Origin: Dehalococcoidales bacterium
GTDB lineage: Bacteria; Chloroflexota; Dehalococcoidia; Dehalococcoidales; RBG-16-60-22
DNA: 64,000 nt
Assembly (NCBI GenBank): GCA_034409565.1
Contig: DAOUMS010000015.1
Span: 23,227-87,226, forward strand
Reading direction: 5' to 3'
In this document: positions 18,630 through 27,739 of the stretch, in pieces
How the letters are laid out: each line of letters opens with the position of its first letter
How positions within the stretch are numbered: the first letter of the stretch is position 1
The notes under the pieces: generated by a model
Database searches by the model: none
The model's input: the letters and a program-made list of their open reading frames with translations, nothing else
Told to the model about the DNA's origin: nothing
Position numbers and translations under genes: made by a program

Positions 18630-20075
18630 TTACCCCAGCGGGGGCCTTTTGCCCTGCCACGGTGCCGCCTGTTCATAGGCGGCGGCGGCTTTGAAGAGGG
18701 CGGCCTCGCCGTGGTGCCCGCCCACGATTTGCACGCCCACCGGCAGTCCCTTTTCCGTCTGGCCACAGGGCACGGAGAGCGCCGGATGGCCAGTCATGGT
18801 GATAGCGTAGGTCAGCATCGCCCAGTCAATGTAGTTGTCCATGGGCTTGCCGGCGATTTCGGTGGGGAACTTGGTCTCGGCGGTGAAGGGCGGGATTGGC
18901 GCCGTCGGTGTCAGCAACAGGTCATATTTGTCAAAGAATTTCTGCGCCCTGTTCCAGAGCTCCGAACGCTGCCGGTGCGCCCAGGCTATTTCCTCAACCG
19001 TCAGCTTTAGCCCCTGCTCGATATTGCCCGTCACCAGCGGATTCACCCGACGCCGGAACTCGGGGTCGTTGCGGTACTGCTCGCCGTACATGGCGACGAA
19101 GCGCACCCCGCGCAGGGTCAATGCCGTCTCTCTGGCACCGCTGAAATCAGGACAGTCCGCCACCACATCACCACCGAGGTCGCGGAAGACAGTAATCGCC
19201 TTGCGTGCTTCTTGCAATACCACCGGGTCCACCGGCATCAGGTTCAGATTATCGCTCCAAGCTATTTTGAGCTTTCTGGCCTCGGGATTTTGCGCCGATT
19301 GCAGAAATGGAACTTCTTCCCAGGGCAGGGCCACCGGGCTTCTCTCATCGGGCCCGGACATCGCGTCCAGCAACAGCGCGGTATCAGCTATGGTGCGGGC
19401 AATCGGCCCCTGCACCGCCAGGTCGTCCCAGTTGAGCAAGCTCGGGTAATCGGGCACTCTCCCGGGTGAAGGGCGCAACCCGACCACCCCGCAGAAAGTC
19501 GCTGGCAATCGCAGTGAGCCACCCAGGTCGCTGCCCGAGGCCAGCGGCCCGATGCCCGCGGCCACAGAAGCCGCCGCCCCGCCACTGGAACCACCGACGG
19601 TGTAAGCAGTGTTCCAGGGATTACGCGTTATGCCAAACACCTGATTGAAGGTGGAGGCACCGGCGGCAAATTCCGGCGTATTGGTCTTGCCCAGAATAAT
19701 TCCGCCCTCTTTTTTCACCCGCGCCACCAGCAGTTCATCTGTATCGGGCACGAAGTTCTCATACAGCTTTGAGCCGTAGGTGGTGCGGATGCCGGCGGTC
19801 ATGGTAACGTCTTTTATCGATACCGGGATTCCGGCCAGCAGCCCGACTTTACCACCTTTCATAATAGCCGACTCAACCTTCTTCGCTGCTGCCAGTGCCA
19901 TCTCCGGCACGAGCGTACCATAGGCGTTTATTACTGGATTAACCTTTTCTATTCTTTCCAGAAATGTCTGTATCAACTCCACCGGAGAGATGACTTTCTT
20001 GCGGAGCATCTCTCTCAACTCCACCACCGGGGTAAAGCACAGGTCCTCAGTACTCAGGTTGCCTTTCACGGTCAC
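18630..20075 (-). CDS. Amidase signature family protein
   Basis: PVSIKD, GKTNTPEF, GGSSGG, GSDLGGSLRLPA (Ser-cisSer-Lys triad). Confidence 0.9.
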   Translation of the reverse strand: MTVKGNLSTEDLCFTPVVELREMLRKKVISPVELIQTFLERIEKVNPVINAYGTLVPEMALAAAKKVESAIMKGGKVGLLAGIPVSIKDVTMTAGIRTTYGSKLYENFVPDTDELLVARVKKEGGIILGKTNTPEFAAGASTFNQVFGITRNPWNTAYTVGGSSGGAAASVAAGIGPLASGSDLGGSLRLPATFCGVVGLRPSPGRVPDYPSLLNWDDLAVQGPIARTIADTALLLDAMSGPDERSPVALPWEEVPFLQSAQNPEARKLKIAWSDNLNLMPVDPVVLQEARKAITVFRDLGGDVVADCPDFSGARETALTLRGVRFVAMYGEQYRNDPEFRRRVNPLVTGNIEQGLKLTVEEIAWAHRQRSELWNRAQKFFDKYDLLLTPTAPIPPFTAETKFPTEIAGKPMDNYIDWAMLTYAITMTGHPALSVPCGQTEKGLPVGVQIVGGHHGEAALFKAAAAYEQAAPWQGKRPPLG

Positions 20076-20110
20076 GATTCATTTCTCCCTTCTATTCACA
20101 CGGTGAATAT

Positions 20111-20884
20111 TTAGAGCATGGCGACGGAAAAGCCACCATCCACGGGCAGCGCCGCACCGGTGACAAAATCAGAGGCCCGGCTGGCCAGGAAAACGGCGGT
20201 CCCGGCGAGGTCATCTGGCTCACCCCACCGCCCCGCCGGCGTGCGCAGGTTAACCCGCTCTTCCAGCTCTGGCATGTCCTTTCTTGCCTGCCGGGTCAGG
20301 TCAGTATTGATGAACCCGGGCAGGATGGCATTTACCTGGATATTATCCTTTGCCCAGGCATTGGCCAGGCTGCGCATGAGCTGCACAATGCCACCCTTGC
20401 TGCTGGAGTAAAGTGTCAATTTGGGCGCACTGAAGATGGAGGTCATGGAGCCGGTGTTGATAATCTTGCCGCCGCCGGCCGCTTTCATTGCCGGGTAGAC
20501 TGCCTTCGAACAGAGAAAGGCGCTTCTCAGGTTGATATCCAGTACTTCATCCCACTCTTCCACTGTATAATCCTGCGGGAGCTTGCGGATATTGGTGCCG
20601 GCATTATTGAACAGGATATCTATTTTCCCAAAAGTATCCAGCACCTTTTGCACCATGTCCTTTATCTGCTTCTCTTCCCTGACGTCCACCTTCACTCCAA
20701 TCGCCCTCACGCCGAATTCGTTCTGGAGCCCTTTCACCGCCCCGGCCGTCTTGGTCTCATTGCGGGCGGCGATAGCCAGATTGGCCCCCGCTGAGGCCAG
20801 CCCGCGCGCTATCCCCAGACCGATGCCTCCATTGCCGCCGGTGACAATCGCCACCTTGCCTTTTAGATTGAATAGGTCTTTCAT
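20111..20884 (-). CDS. SDR oxidoreductase, KduD/gluconate 5-dehydrogenase-like
   Basis: TGGNGGIG, NNAGTNIR, YSSSKGG, NAILPG, RTPAGRWG. Confidence 0.85.
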   Translation of the reverse strand: MKDLFNLKGKVAIVTGGNGGIGLGIARGLASAGANLAIAARNETKTAGAVKGLQNEFGVRAIGVKVDVREEKQIKDMVQKVLDTFGKIDILFNNAGTNIRKLPQDYTVEEWDEVLDINLRSAFLCSKAVYPAMKAAGGGKIINTGSMTSIFSAPKLTLYSSSKGGIVQLMRSLANAWAKDNIQVNAILPGFINTDLTRQARKDMPELEERVNLRTPAGRWGEPDDLAGTAVFLASRASDFVTGAALPVDGGFSVAML

Positions 20885-20921
20885 TTCTCCCCTCCTCTAA
20901 TCAAAATTACTTTTATCTTAG

Positions 20922-21974
20922 TTATTTCTGGGGTTCGATGATAACCTTGATGGAATCACCGGCTTCAGCAACCAGACGGAAGCCCAGACCGGCCTCGGCT
21001 AAAGGCAAACGGTGCGTAATCATCCGGCGCACCGGTACTATGCCAGTTCGAATTATCTCCAGGGCCGTCTGGTAATCATAAGGGCTGGCACCATAGCTGG
21101 TGGTTACCGTGACATCAGTACGCCAGAAGACCTCATTTAATGAAACCGGAGTGGAGACGCCGGGGTCGGTGGGGGCAAAGAGCAGGACAGTTCCCCCGCG
21201 CTCTACCGACTGAAACGCCTGGAGAGCTGCCGCAGCAGCGCCGGCGCAGACTATCACCAGGTCGGCCAGATAGCCATCGTTGACCTCACGCAGGCGGGCC
21301 GGCAGGTCTTCCCTGGCATGCAGGGCAACATCGGCCCCGAAACGTTTGGCTGCTTCCAGCCGGAACTGGTTGATGTCGGTGGCCACTATCCGACCTGCCC
21401 CCAGAGCACGGGCCAGTTGCAGATGGAGCAGTCCGGCGATACCGCTGCCAATGACCAGCACGCTGCTGCCCGGCGGCATATTGGCCACCCTCTGCCCGCG
21501 AAGTACACAGGCCAACGGTTCAATAAAGGTGGCTTCTTCATAGGACATCTCATCGGACAGGCGGAAGATACCGCGGTCAACGTTGATGGCCGGCACACGC
21601 ACGTATTCGGCAAAGCCGCCGGGGTCAAAATTGGTCTGGCGCAGGGTGTCGCACATGGTGTGATGGCCTCGCAGGCAGTAATAGCAGGTATTGCAGGGCA
21701 CGTGGTGCGCCGCCGAGACACGGTCGCCTTCTTTGAAACCCTTTACGCCTTTCCCCACCTCCACCACCTGACCGCCAATCTCATGACCCAGGACCAGAGG
21801 CGCACGGTCAAGGCGATACCACTCCATGACATCGCTGCCGCAGATACCGCTAGCTTCTATGCGTAGCAATAGCTCACCGGCACCAATTTCCGGGACGGGC
21901 ATCTCCTCGATGCGGACATCCCGGTTGTTATACCACATAGCCACGCGCATCTTCTTCTTAACCGTGTCGGTCAT
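20922..21974 (-). CDS. Zinc-dependent alcohol dehydrogenase (sorbitol/polyol dehydrogenase-like)
   Basis: ICGSD, LGHE, CNTCYYC...C, EPLAC, GSGIAG. Confidence 0.85.
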   Translation of the reverse strand: MTDTVKKKMRVAMWYNNRDVRIEEMPVPEIGAGELLLRIEASGICGSDVMEWYRLDRAPLVLGHEIGGQVVEVGKGVKGFKEGDRVSAAHHVPCNTCYYCLRGHHTMCDTLRQTNFDPGGFAEYVRVPAINVDRGIFRLSDEMSYEEATFIEPLACVLRGQRVANMPPGSSVLVIGSGIAGLLHLQLARALGAGRIVATDINQFRLEAAKRFGADVALHAREDLPARLREVNDGYLADLVIVCAGAAAAALQAFQSVERGGTVLLFAPTDPGVSTPVSLNEVFWRTDVTVTTSYGASPYDYQTALEIIRTGIVPVRRMITHRLPLAEAGLGFRLVAEAGDSIKVIIEPQK

Positions 21975-22774
21975 TACTTCTTCGCCTTGCTCCCCTTCTC
22001 ACCATCGTATATTTTTTGGGCTTCTTCCGGGGTCGCGTTTTGATGCACGATGGCACGTATCGCTTTTATCATGGCGACGGGAAAATCGTTCTGCCATATG
22101 TTTCTGCCCAAGTTAACCCCGATGGAACCTTTCTGCATGCCGTCATGCACAAACTCGAAAACCTCAAGCTCGGTGTTAACCTGGGGCCCACCAGCCATCA
22201 CCACCGGAACGGGACAGCCTCCGGTCACCTTCTCAAAGCCTTCACACCAGTACGTCTTGACCACCCTCGCCCCCAGCTCGGCAGCGATGCGGCAGGCCAG
22301 GGCCAGGTAGCGGGCATCTCTTTTTTCCAGCTCTTTCCCCACCGCGGTAACCGCCATGACCGGAACGCCGTATCTTTCACCGTCGTCAACCAGTCTGGCC
22401 AGGTTCAGCAACGACTCTTTCTCATAATCAGAGCCCACGAATACCGAAATGCCGACCGCCGAAGCATTCAGGCGAATAGCCTCTTCCATTGAGGTGGTAA
22501 TCCCCTCGTTGGCCAGGTCCTTGCCCACCACGCTGGTACCGCCCGATACCCTGAGAATAAAGGGTTTACTGTTACCGGGGGGCACCGACGAGCGTAAAAC
22601 GCCTCTGGTAACGAAAAGAGCATCGGCATAAGGTAGGAGAGGCTTGATGGTCTTTCCCGGCGCCTCCAGTTTTCGCGTTGGGCCCTGAAAATACCCGTGG
22701 TCGATGGGTAGAAACAGAGCATGGCCATCGGGCTGGATTAGCTGTGCCAGACGGTTTGCCATTCCCCACTCCAT
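21974..22774 (-). CDS. lsrF: LsrF-family thiolase/class I aldolase
   Basis: MEWGMANRL, DHGYFQGP, LRVSGG, ELGARVVKTY, MAGGP, GRNIWQ. Confidence 0.8.
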   Translation of the reverse strand: MEWGMANRLAQLIQPDGHALFLPIDHGYFQGPTRKLEAPGKTIKPLLPYADALFVTRGVLRSSVPPGNSKPFILRVSGGTSVVGKDLANEGITTSMEEAIRLNASAVGISVFVGSDYEKESLLNLARLVDDGERYGVPVMAVTAVGKELEKRDARYLALACRIAAELGARVVKTYWCEGFEKVTGGCPVPVVMAGGPQVNTELEVFEFVHDGMQKGSIGVNLGRNIWQNDFPVAMIKAIRAIVHQNATPEEAQKIYDGEKGSKAKK

Positions 22775-22950
22775 TTCACGCCCTCCTTTCTGCTTGAACA
22801 GTCCAATCTCTTTAATTTAAGTAACAGGTAATTATTTGTCAACCGAGCAGTACCTGACGGGCGGTAACGAATGTGGACAGGCAGGAATTCTGGTGATACT
22901 ATAGTGCTGGTCGGATATCATAACTGAACCGAAAGCAAAGTGATGCCACG

Positions 22951-24105
22951 ATGGATAGCTATCAGATTATGCTGCCCAGAAAAATCCGCTTTGGTGTCGG
23001 CTGCCTTGACACCATTGCCGATGAAGCCCGCGAACTGGGTGCCCGGCGGGCGCTTATTGTCACCGACCCCGGTGTCTACCGGGCGGGGCTGACCGAAGCG
23101 GTGAAAGAGCCGCTGGTCAGTGCCGGCATTGAGGTGGACATCTTCTCTGAGGCCGAGCCGGAGCCGACCCTACCCCGGCTTGATGCCACCGCCGACAAAA
23201 TGCGCCGACAGAAATACGACCTTATCGTTGGCGTTGGCGGCGGCTCGAGCATGGATTTCGCCAAAGGACTATCCGCGCTGCTGAGCCATGGCGGCCGCGG
23301 GCAGGACTACCTTGGCGTTGACAAAGTGCCCGGGCCGGGAATTCCCGTCTTTGCCCTGCCCACCATCGCCGGAACCGGCAGTGAGGCGACCAACATCGCC
23401 GTTTTCGGCGACCCGGCGCGAGATTTAAAGACGGGCATGGTCAGCCCTCACCTCTTTGTGCACCTAGCACTGGTCGACCCCACCCTGACTTATGGCTGCC
23501 CACCCAAAGTCACCGCCGCCAGCGGCATGGACGCGCTGGTACACGCCATAGAGTGCTATACCAGCCGCAAGGCCACCACTTTCAGCGATACGCTGGCCCT
23601 GGAAGCAATGCGACTGATAGCCGGCAATCTGAGGACAGCGGTTAGAGACGGCGCCAATAAAGAGTCGCGCCACGCCATGTCAGAAGGAGCGCTGTTTGCC
23701 GGCATGGCCTTCGTCAACGCCGGCTGCGGTGCCGCCCACGCCATGGCCTATCCACTGGGTTCACGCTTCCACGTGACGCACGGCGTCGCCAACGGCCTTC
23801 TTCTCTCCTACGTTATGGAAGGCAACCTCGCCTCCAATCTGACCAGATACGCCACCGTGGCCCGTATGCTGGGAGTTGAAACGGAGGGGCATTCACCGCA
23901 GGAAGCGGCAGAGCAGGGGGTTCTCGCCGCCAGAGCGCTGGCCACCGATATTGGCCTCCCCACCCGGTTGCGTGACCTCGGGGTGCCGAGGGAAGCCCTG
24001 GAAGATATGGCCGTGGCCACCATGGACGTTACCCGCATCCTGGAATCCAACCCGAAGTCGCTCACGCTGGATGATGTCCGCCAGATATGGCAGAACGCCT
24101 GGTAG
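22951..24105 (+). CDS. Iron-containing alcohol dehydrogenase
   Basis: GGGSSMD, PTIAGTGSEAT, GMDALVHAIE, HAMAY, HGVAN. Confidence 0.9.
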   Translation: MDSYQIMLPRKIRFGVGCLDTIADEARELGARRALIVTDPGVYRAGLTEAVKEPLVSAGIEVDIFSEAEPEPTLPRLDATADKMRRQKYDLIVGVGGGSSMDFAKGLSALLSHGGRGQDYLGVDKVPGPGIPVFALPTIAGTGSEATNIAVFGDPARDLKTGMVSPHLFVHLALVDPTLTYGCPPKVTAASGMDALVHAIECYTSRKATTFSDTLALEAMRLIAGNLRTAVRDGANKESRHAMSEGALFAGMAFVNAGCGAAHAMAYPLGSRFHVTHGVANGLLLSYVMEGNLASNLTRYATVARMLGVETEGHSPQEAAEQGVLAARALATDIGLPTRLRDLGVPREALEDMAVATMDVTRILESNPKSLTLDDVRQIWQNAW

Positions 24106-24236
24106 TATCGTCTTTTCTATCTGGATGGTGCGCCGACTGGTTTGACAACTACGAGCCAAATAATTACCATTACTTCTGGCACTTTGAAAAATACCCGTAG
24201 CCAAGCCGCGTTTAAAAAGTTGAAAGGAGCAGCAAT

Positions 24237-25073
24237 ATGAGCACAATAGCACTGATGGGGGCGGGCGGCAAGATGGGCCTGCGCATTGCCCGGAATTTAA
24301 AAGATAACGCCGACCATAAAACGCTGTACGTTGAGATAAGCGATGCCGGCAAAGCCAGCCTGAAAGAGCTTGGCCTCTCGGCGACACCGCAGGACGAGGC
24401 CCTCCAGCAGGCCGATGTCGTTATCCTTGCCCTGCCGGACAGGCTCATCGGCAAAATCTGCCAGGATATCGTCCCCGGGCTCAAGAGCGGCACTATGGTC
24501 ATGGGGCTGGACCCAGCGGCGGGTTATGCCGGTGTCCTGCCGGAGCGAGAAGATATCAGCTACTTCATCAGCCACCCCTGCCACCCACCGCTGTTTGGTG
24601 AAGAGACCGACCTCGAAGCCCAGCGCGACTGGTTCGGCGGGGTGAAAGCGAAACAGAACATTGTCTGTTCCCTGCACCATGGCCCGGAAAAAGACTACGC
24701 CAAGGGAGAGGCCATCGCCCGGACCATCTTTGCCCCGGTGCTGAGAGCGCACCGCGTCACCACCGAGCAGATGGCAGTTCTGGAGCCAGCGCTGGTGGAG
24801 ACCCTAGTTCTGACCTGCCTCATGGTTGTCCGTGAAGCCATGGAAGAGGTCGTCAAGATGGGCATCCCGCGGCAGGCGGTGCTCGACTTTCTGCTCGGCC
24901 ACATCCGCACCACGGTGGCCATCGTCTGGGACTTTGCCGGCGCCCCCGTTTCCGACGGCGCCAAATTAGCCGTCGCCCAAGCCAGGGGGCAGCTCTTTCA
25001 GCCCGACTGGAAGAAGATACTGAAAATCGAAAACGTGAAGCAGAGCGTAAAAGATATTACCTCAGCGATATAG
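24237..25073 (+). CDS. apnO: D-apionate oxidoisomerase (ApnO)-like NAD-dependent enzyme (PGDH_C domain)
   Basis: GAGGKMG, HPCHPPLF, DWFGG, LEPALVET, DFLLGH, all characteristic of the ApnO family. The actual substrate is not established. Confidence 0.65.
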   Translation: MSTIALMGAGGKMGLRIARNLKDNADHKTLYVEISDAGKASLKELGLSATPQDEALQQADVVILALPDRLIGKICQDIVPGLKSGTMVMGLDPAAGYAGVLPEREDISYFISHPCHPPLFGEETDLEAQRDWFGGVKAKQNIVCSLHHGPEKDYAKGEAIARTIFAPVLRAHRVTTEQMAVLEPALVETLVLTCLMVVREAMEEVVKMGIPRQAVLDFLLGHIRTTVAIVWDFAGAPVSDGAKLAVAQARGQLFQPDWKKILKIENVKQSVKDITSAI

Positions 25074-25084
25074 CTAAAAAGGCT

Positions 25085-26545
25085 TCATCGCTGGCGGTGC
25101 CGGTAGCTTTTAGGCAGCCTCCTGAAGTAGGTCAGTGCCCCTTTAAACGTGCGCCTCACTTCTCTCGGCCCGAGAATTAACTGTTTTAGCTTCAGCAATA
25201 TGTATCCGGGCCGGAGATAGTACTCACGGTTGGCCCGCAGGCAGAACGCCTCGACTTTTTCGGCGGGGAGGCCGGGGATATTGAGCACGCTGCGGTACAT
25301 GCCCCCCTCGTCTGCCCAGTCGGAGAATTTATCGGAAGTAAGGTAGCCGTTTTCCTTTGCCCACCGGTAGGCTTCCGTTCCCGGGTAGACGAGCAGCGGG
25401 AAAAACTGCATGGTGTCGCAGTTCAGTTCTTCAGCCATTTCCAAGCTTTTCGCCATCGTCTCCGCGGTCTCACCGGGGTTGCCGATAATGAAGCAGCCGT
25501 GCACCAGCAGTCCCGCTTTTCTGGTATCCTGTACAAACTGCCGGATCTGCTCAACCGTTATTCCCTTCTGCATCCGGTTCAGCGATGTCTGGTCGGCACT
25601 CTCAAAGCCGACGGTTACCAGCCGGCAGCCGGCCTTTTTCATCCAGCGCATCGCCTCCAGCTCCAGGTTGACCCGTACGTTGCAGTACCACTTTATCTTT
25701 ACCCCCCGCTCCAGCATCAGCCGACATATTTCCTTCACTCTCTCCTGGTCAACGGTGAAGGTATCATCTTCAATACCGACTTCCTTTACTTCCGGGAGGT
25801 TTTCCACAATCCACTGGAACTCAGCGACCACGTTGGCGGCGCTGCGCGGTCGGTATTTCCGACTGTGAAAGGTCTGCGGATAGACGCAGAAAAAACACCT
25901 GTACGGGCAGCCCCGGCCGGTGATGAGCATGACCATGGGGTAGTTGGCCGCGGCGAAATAATAGTCTCGGACATCCAGGTGTTTCTTGTAGACCTGGCTG
26001 ACAAAAGGCAGCTCATCGACGTTTTCAATGAGGACACGGGGCTTATTTTTCAGTATCTGACCGTCTTTCCTGAAGACAAGGCCATCCACCGTCTTCAAGT
26101 CCTCCCCTCTCTGCAGACAGAGGGCAAGGTCGCGTAGGGTATAGTCATACTCACCAACGGTGACGGCGTCCACCCTTTCACTCAGTGCCAAAGTTTCCTC
26201 GGGCAGTGCCGAGGGGTGCGTACCCACCAGGGTCACGAATGAGGCGGGGAAACTTTCCTTGAGCTTTTCCGCCACCTGCACATCGCTGTAAATGCTCGGT
26301 GTGCTGGTATCGACCACAATCAGCTGCGGTGGTTTATCTTTCGCCCGCGCCATAACGTCATCGACGGAGAGGCCCTGAGCCGGAGCGTCAATAAGTCTGA
26401 CTTCAAAGCCATTTTGCTCAAGGACACCGGCAGCATAGGCGAGCCAGAAGGGATAATATATCGTCCCGCCCAGGGTAACCGCCGGGCTCCGCGACGTTCT
26501 AGAAAACCTACCCTTAAATGGAGGGTTCAGCACCAGGACGTTCAT
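25085..26545 (-). CDS. B12-binding radical SAM enzyme, HpnJ-like
   Basis: N-terminal LNPP...SRSPA...YYPFWLAY, cobalamin-binding domain, GRGCPYRCFFC (CxxxCxxC), DDTF, GFES, PGT. Confidence 0.85.
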   Translation of the reverse strand: MNVLVLNPPFKGRFSRTSRSPAVTLGGTIYYPFWLAYAAGVLEQNGFEVRLIDAPAQGLSVDDVMARAKDKPPQLIVVDTSTPSIYSDVQVAEKLKESFPASFVTLVGTHPSALPEETLALSERVDAVTVGEYDYTLRDLALCLQRGEDLKTVDGLVFRKDGQILKNKPRVLIENVDELPFVSQVYKKHLDVRDYYFAAANYPMVMLITGRGCPYRCFFCVYPQTFHSRKYRPRSAANVVAEFQWIVENLPEVKEVGIEDDTFTVDQERVKEICRLMLERGVKIKWYCNVRVNLELEAMRWMKKAGCRLVTVGFESADQTSLNRMQKGITVEQIRQFVQDTRKAGLLVHGCFIIGNPGETAETMAKSLEMAEELNCDTMQFFPLLVYPGTEAYRWAKENGYLTSDKFSDWADEGGMYRSVLNIPGLPAEKVEAFCLRANREYYLRPGYILLKLKQLILGPREVRRTFKGALTYFRRLPKSYRHRQR

Positions 26546-27510
26546 TTCGCCTTTTCCCCAGCCGCCCCGGCCATTTTACGCGGCCGAAATATCTCCTTCC
26601 AGAAACCGACGGTGTAGCAGAGATGTTCCAGGATAAGGACCACCGGGATGGTAACCAGATATCTGACATCTTTATCCTTGATGGCAAAGTACAACCCGTA
26701 AAGCTCGGTTATCGCCAGGTATAATCCGATAAGAGCCACCAGAATCCAGTGGCTGGCAAGCAGCGTCAGCAGGAGCAGGGGTGCCAGCAGTGGCGGCAGC
26801 ACCGGCCAGTCCCACACACCACACTCCTTCCGCCAGCCACCGTAGCGGTACATATTCTTGGCAAACTCCTTCAGCCCCCGACTGTGGTCGTGAAGAACGG
26901 TAGCCTCCCTGAGATAACGCAACCGGCCCGACTTCAGCAGCCTCGCATTCAGTTCCGTCTCATCAGCGCCGGACAGATTGGGGTCAAAGCCGCCCACCTG
27001 CAAAAGGTCGCTCTTGCGGTATATGCTGTTGCAGCCGCTGATGCTTTTCACGAAGCGGTCGGCAAACAAGGCCCCGCCCTGCACGGAACGGCCGCTGCCC
27101 AGAAAAGTGGCAAAGGCCAGGTTAATCGATTTCGTCCATATTCCCCGGCCGATATTCTGTATGCCGCCGCCAACGCCGACAATACCTTCGCCGAAAGCGC
27201 CAATGAGATTTTTCAACCAGTCTTTGCCGGGAATGCAGTCACCATCGGTGAAAGCGAGGTATTCCCCTTCCGCATGCTCCACACCAATCTGACGGGCCGC
27301 CCCGGCAGCCCCGTAGTCCTGCTCGAAGACCTTCACCGGGAACTTTTGCGCCCGTGCCACGGTGTCATCCGTAGAGCGCCCGTCAACCACAATTACCTCA
27401 TGCGGAGACAGCGACTGGGCAAAGACCTCCTTGAGGCATTGCTCTATCTTCCCGGCCATGTTCTTTACCGGGATGATAACCGATATCTTCGGTGCTTTTG
27501 GCATAGTCAA
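26542..27510 (-). CDS. Glycosyltransferase family 2 with C-terminal membrane helices
   Basis: SVIIPVKN, VVDGRSTD, FTDGDC, GGFD...DETE. Overlaps the radical SAM start (ATGA). Confidence 0.88.
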   Translation of the reverse strand: MTMPKAPKISVIIPVKNMAGKIEQCLKEVFAQSLSPHEVIVVDGRSTDDTVARAQKFPVKVFEQDYGAAGAARQIGVEHAEGEYLAFTDGDCIPGKDWLKNLIGAFGEGIVGVGGGIQNIGRGIWTKSINLAFATFLGSGRSVQGGALFADRFVKSISGCNSIYRKSDLLQVGGFDPNLSGADETELNARLLKSGRLRYLREATVLHDHSRGLKEFAKNMYRYGGWRKECGVWDWPVLPPLLAPLLLLTLLASHWILVALIGLYLAITELYGLYFAIKDKDVRYLVTIPVVLILEHLCYTVGFWKEIFRPRKMAGAAGEKAK

Positions 27511-27663
27511 TGGAGTCGTCCTTTTTTATTTACCATGATGGTTGGTACTGGACCAGCGCGTCACCTGGCCACCAATTATGTTACCATTATAACCCAGACA
27601 TAACAGTAAAATCATGAACAACCTTAACTGGCCCTAAATTTTACCCAAATAATGCCAAAAGTC

Positions 27664-27692
27664 TTGACATTACATATATTAATATTTACAAT
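27664..27692 (+). promoter_or_regulatory. Sigma70 promoter
   Basis: TTGACA-17 nt-TACAAT. Confidence 0.75.
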
Positions 27693-27739
27693 AGAAAAAC
27701 GAACTACAGGAGGAGAAATAATATCGAGGTGCATTTACA

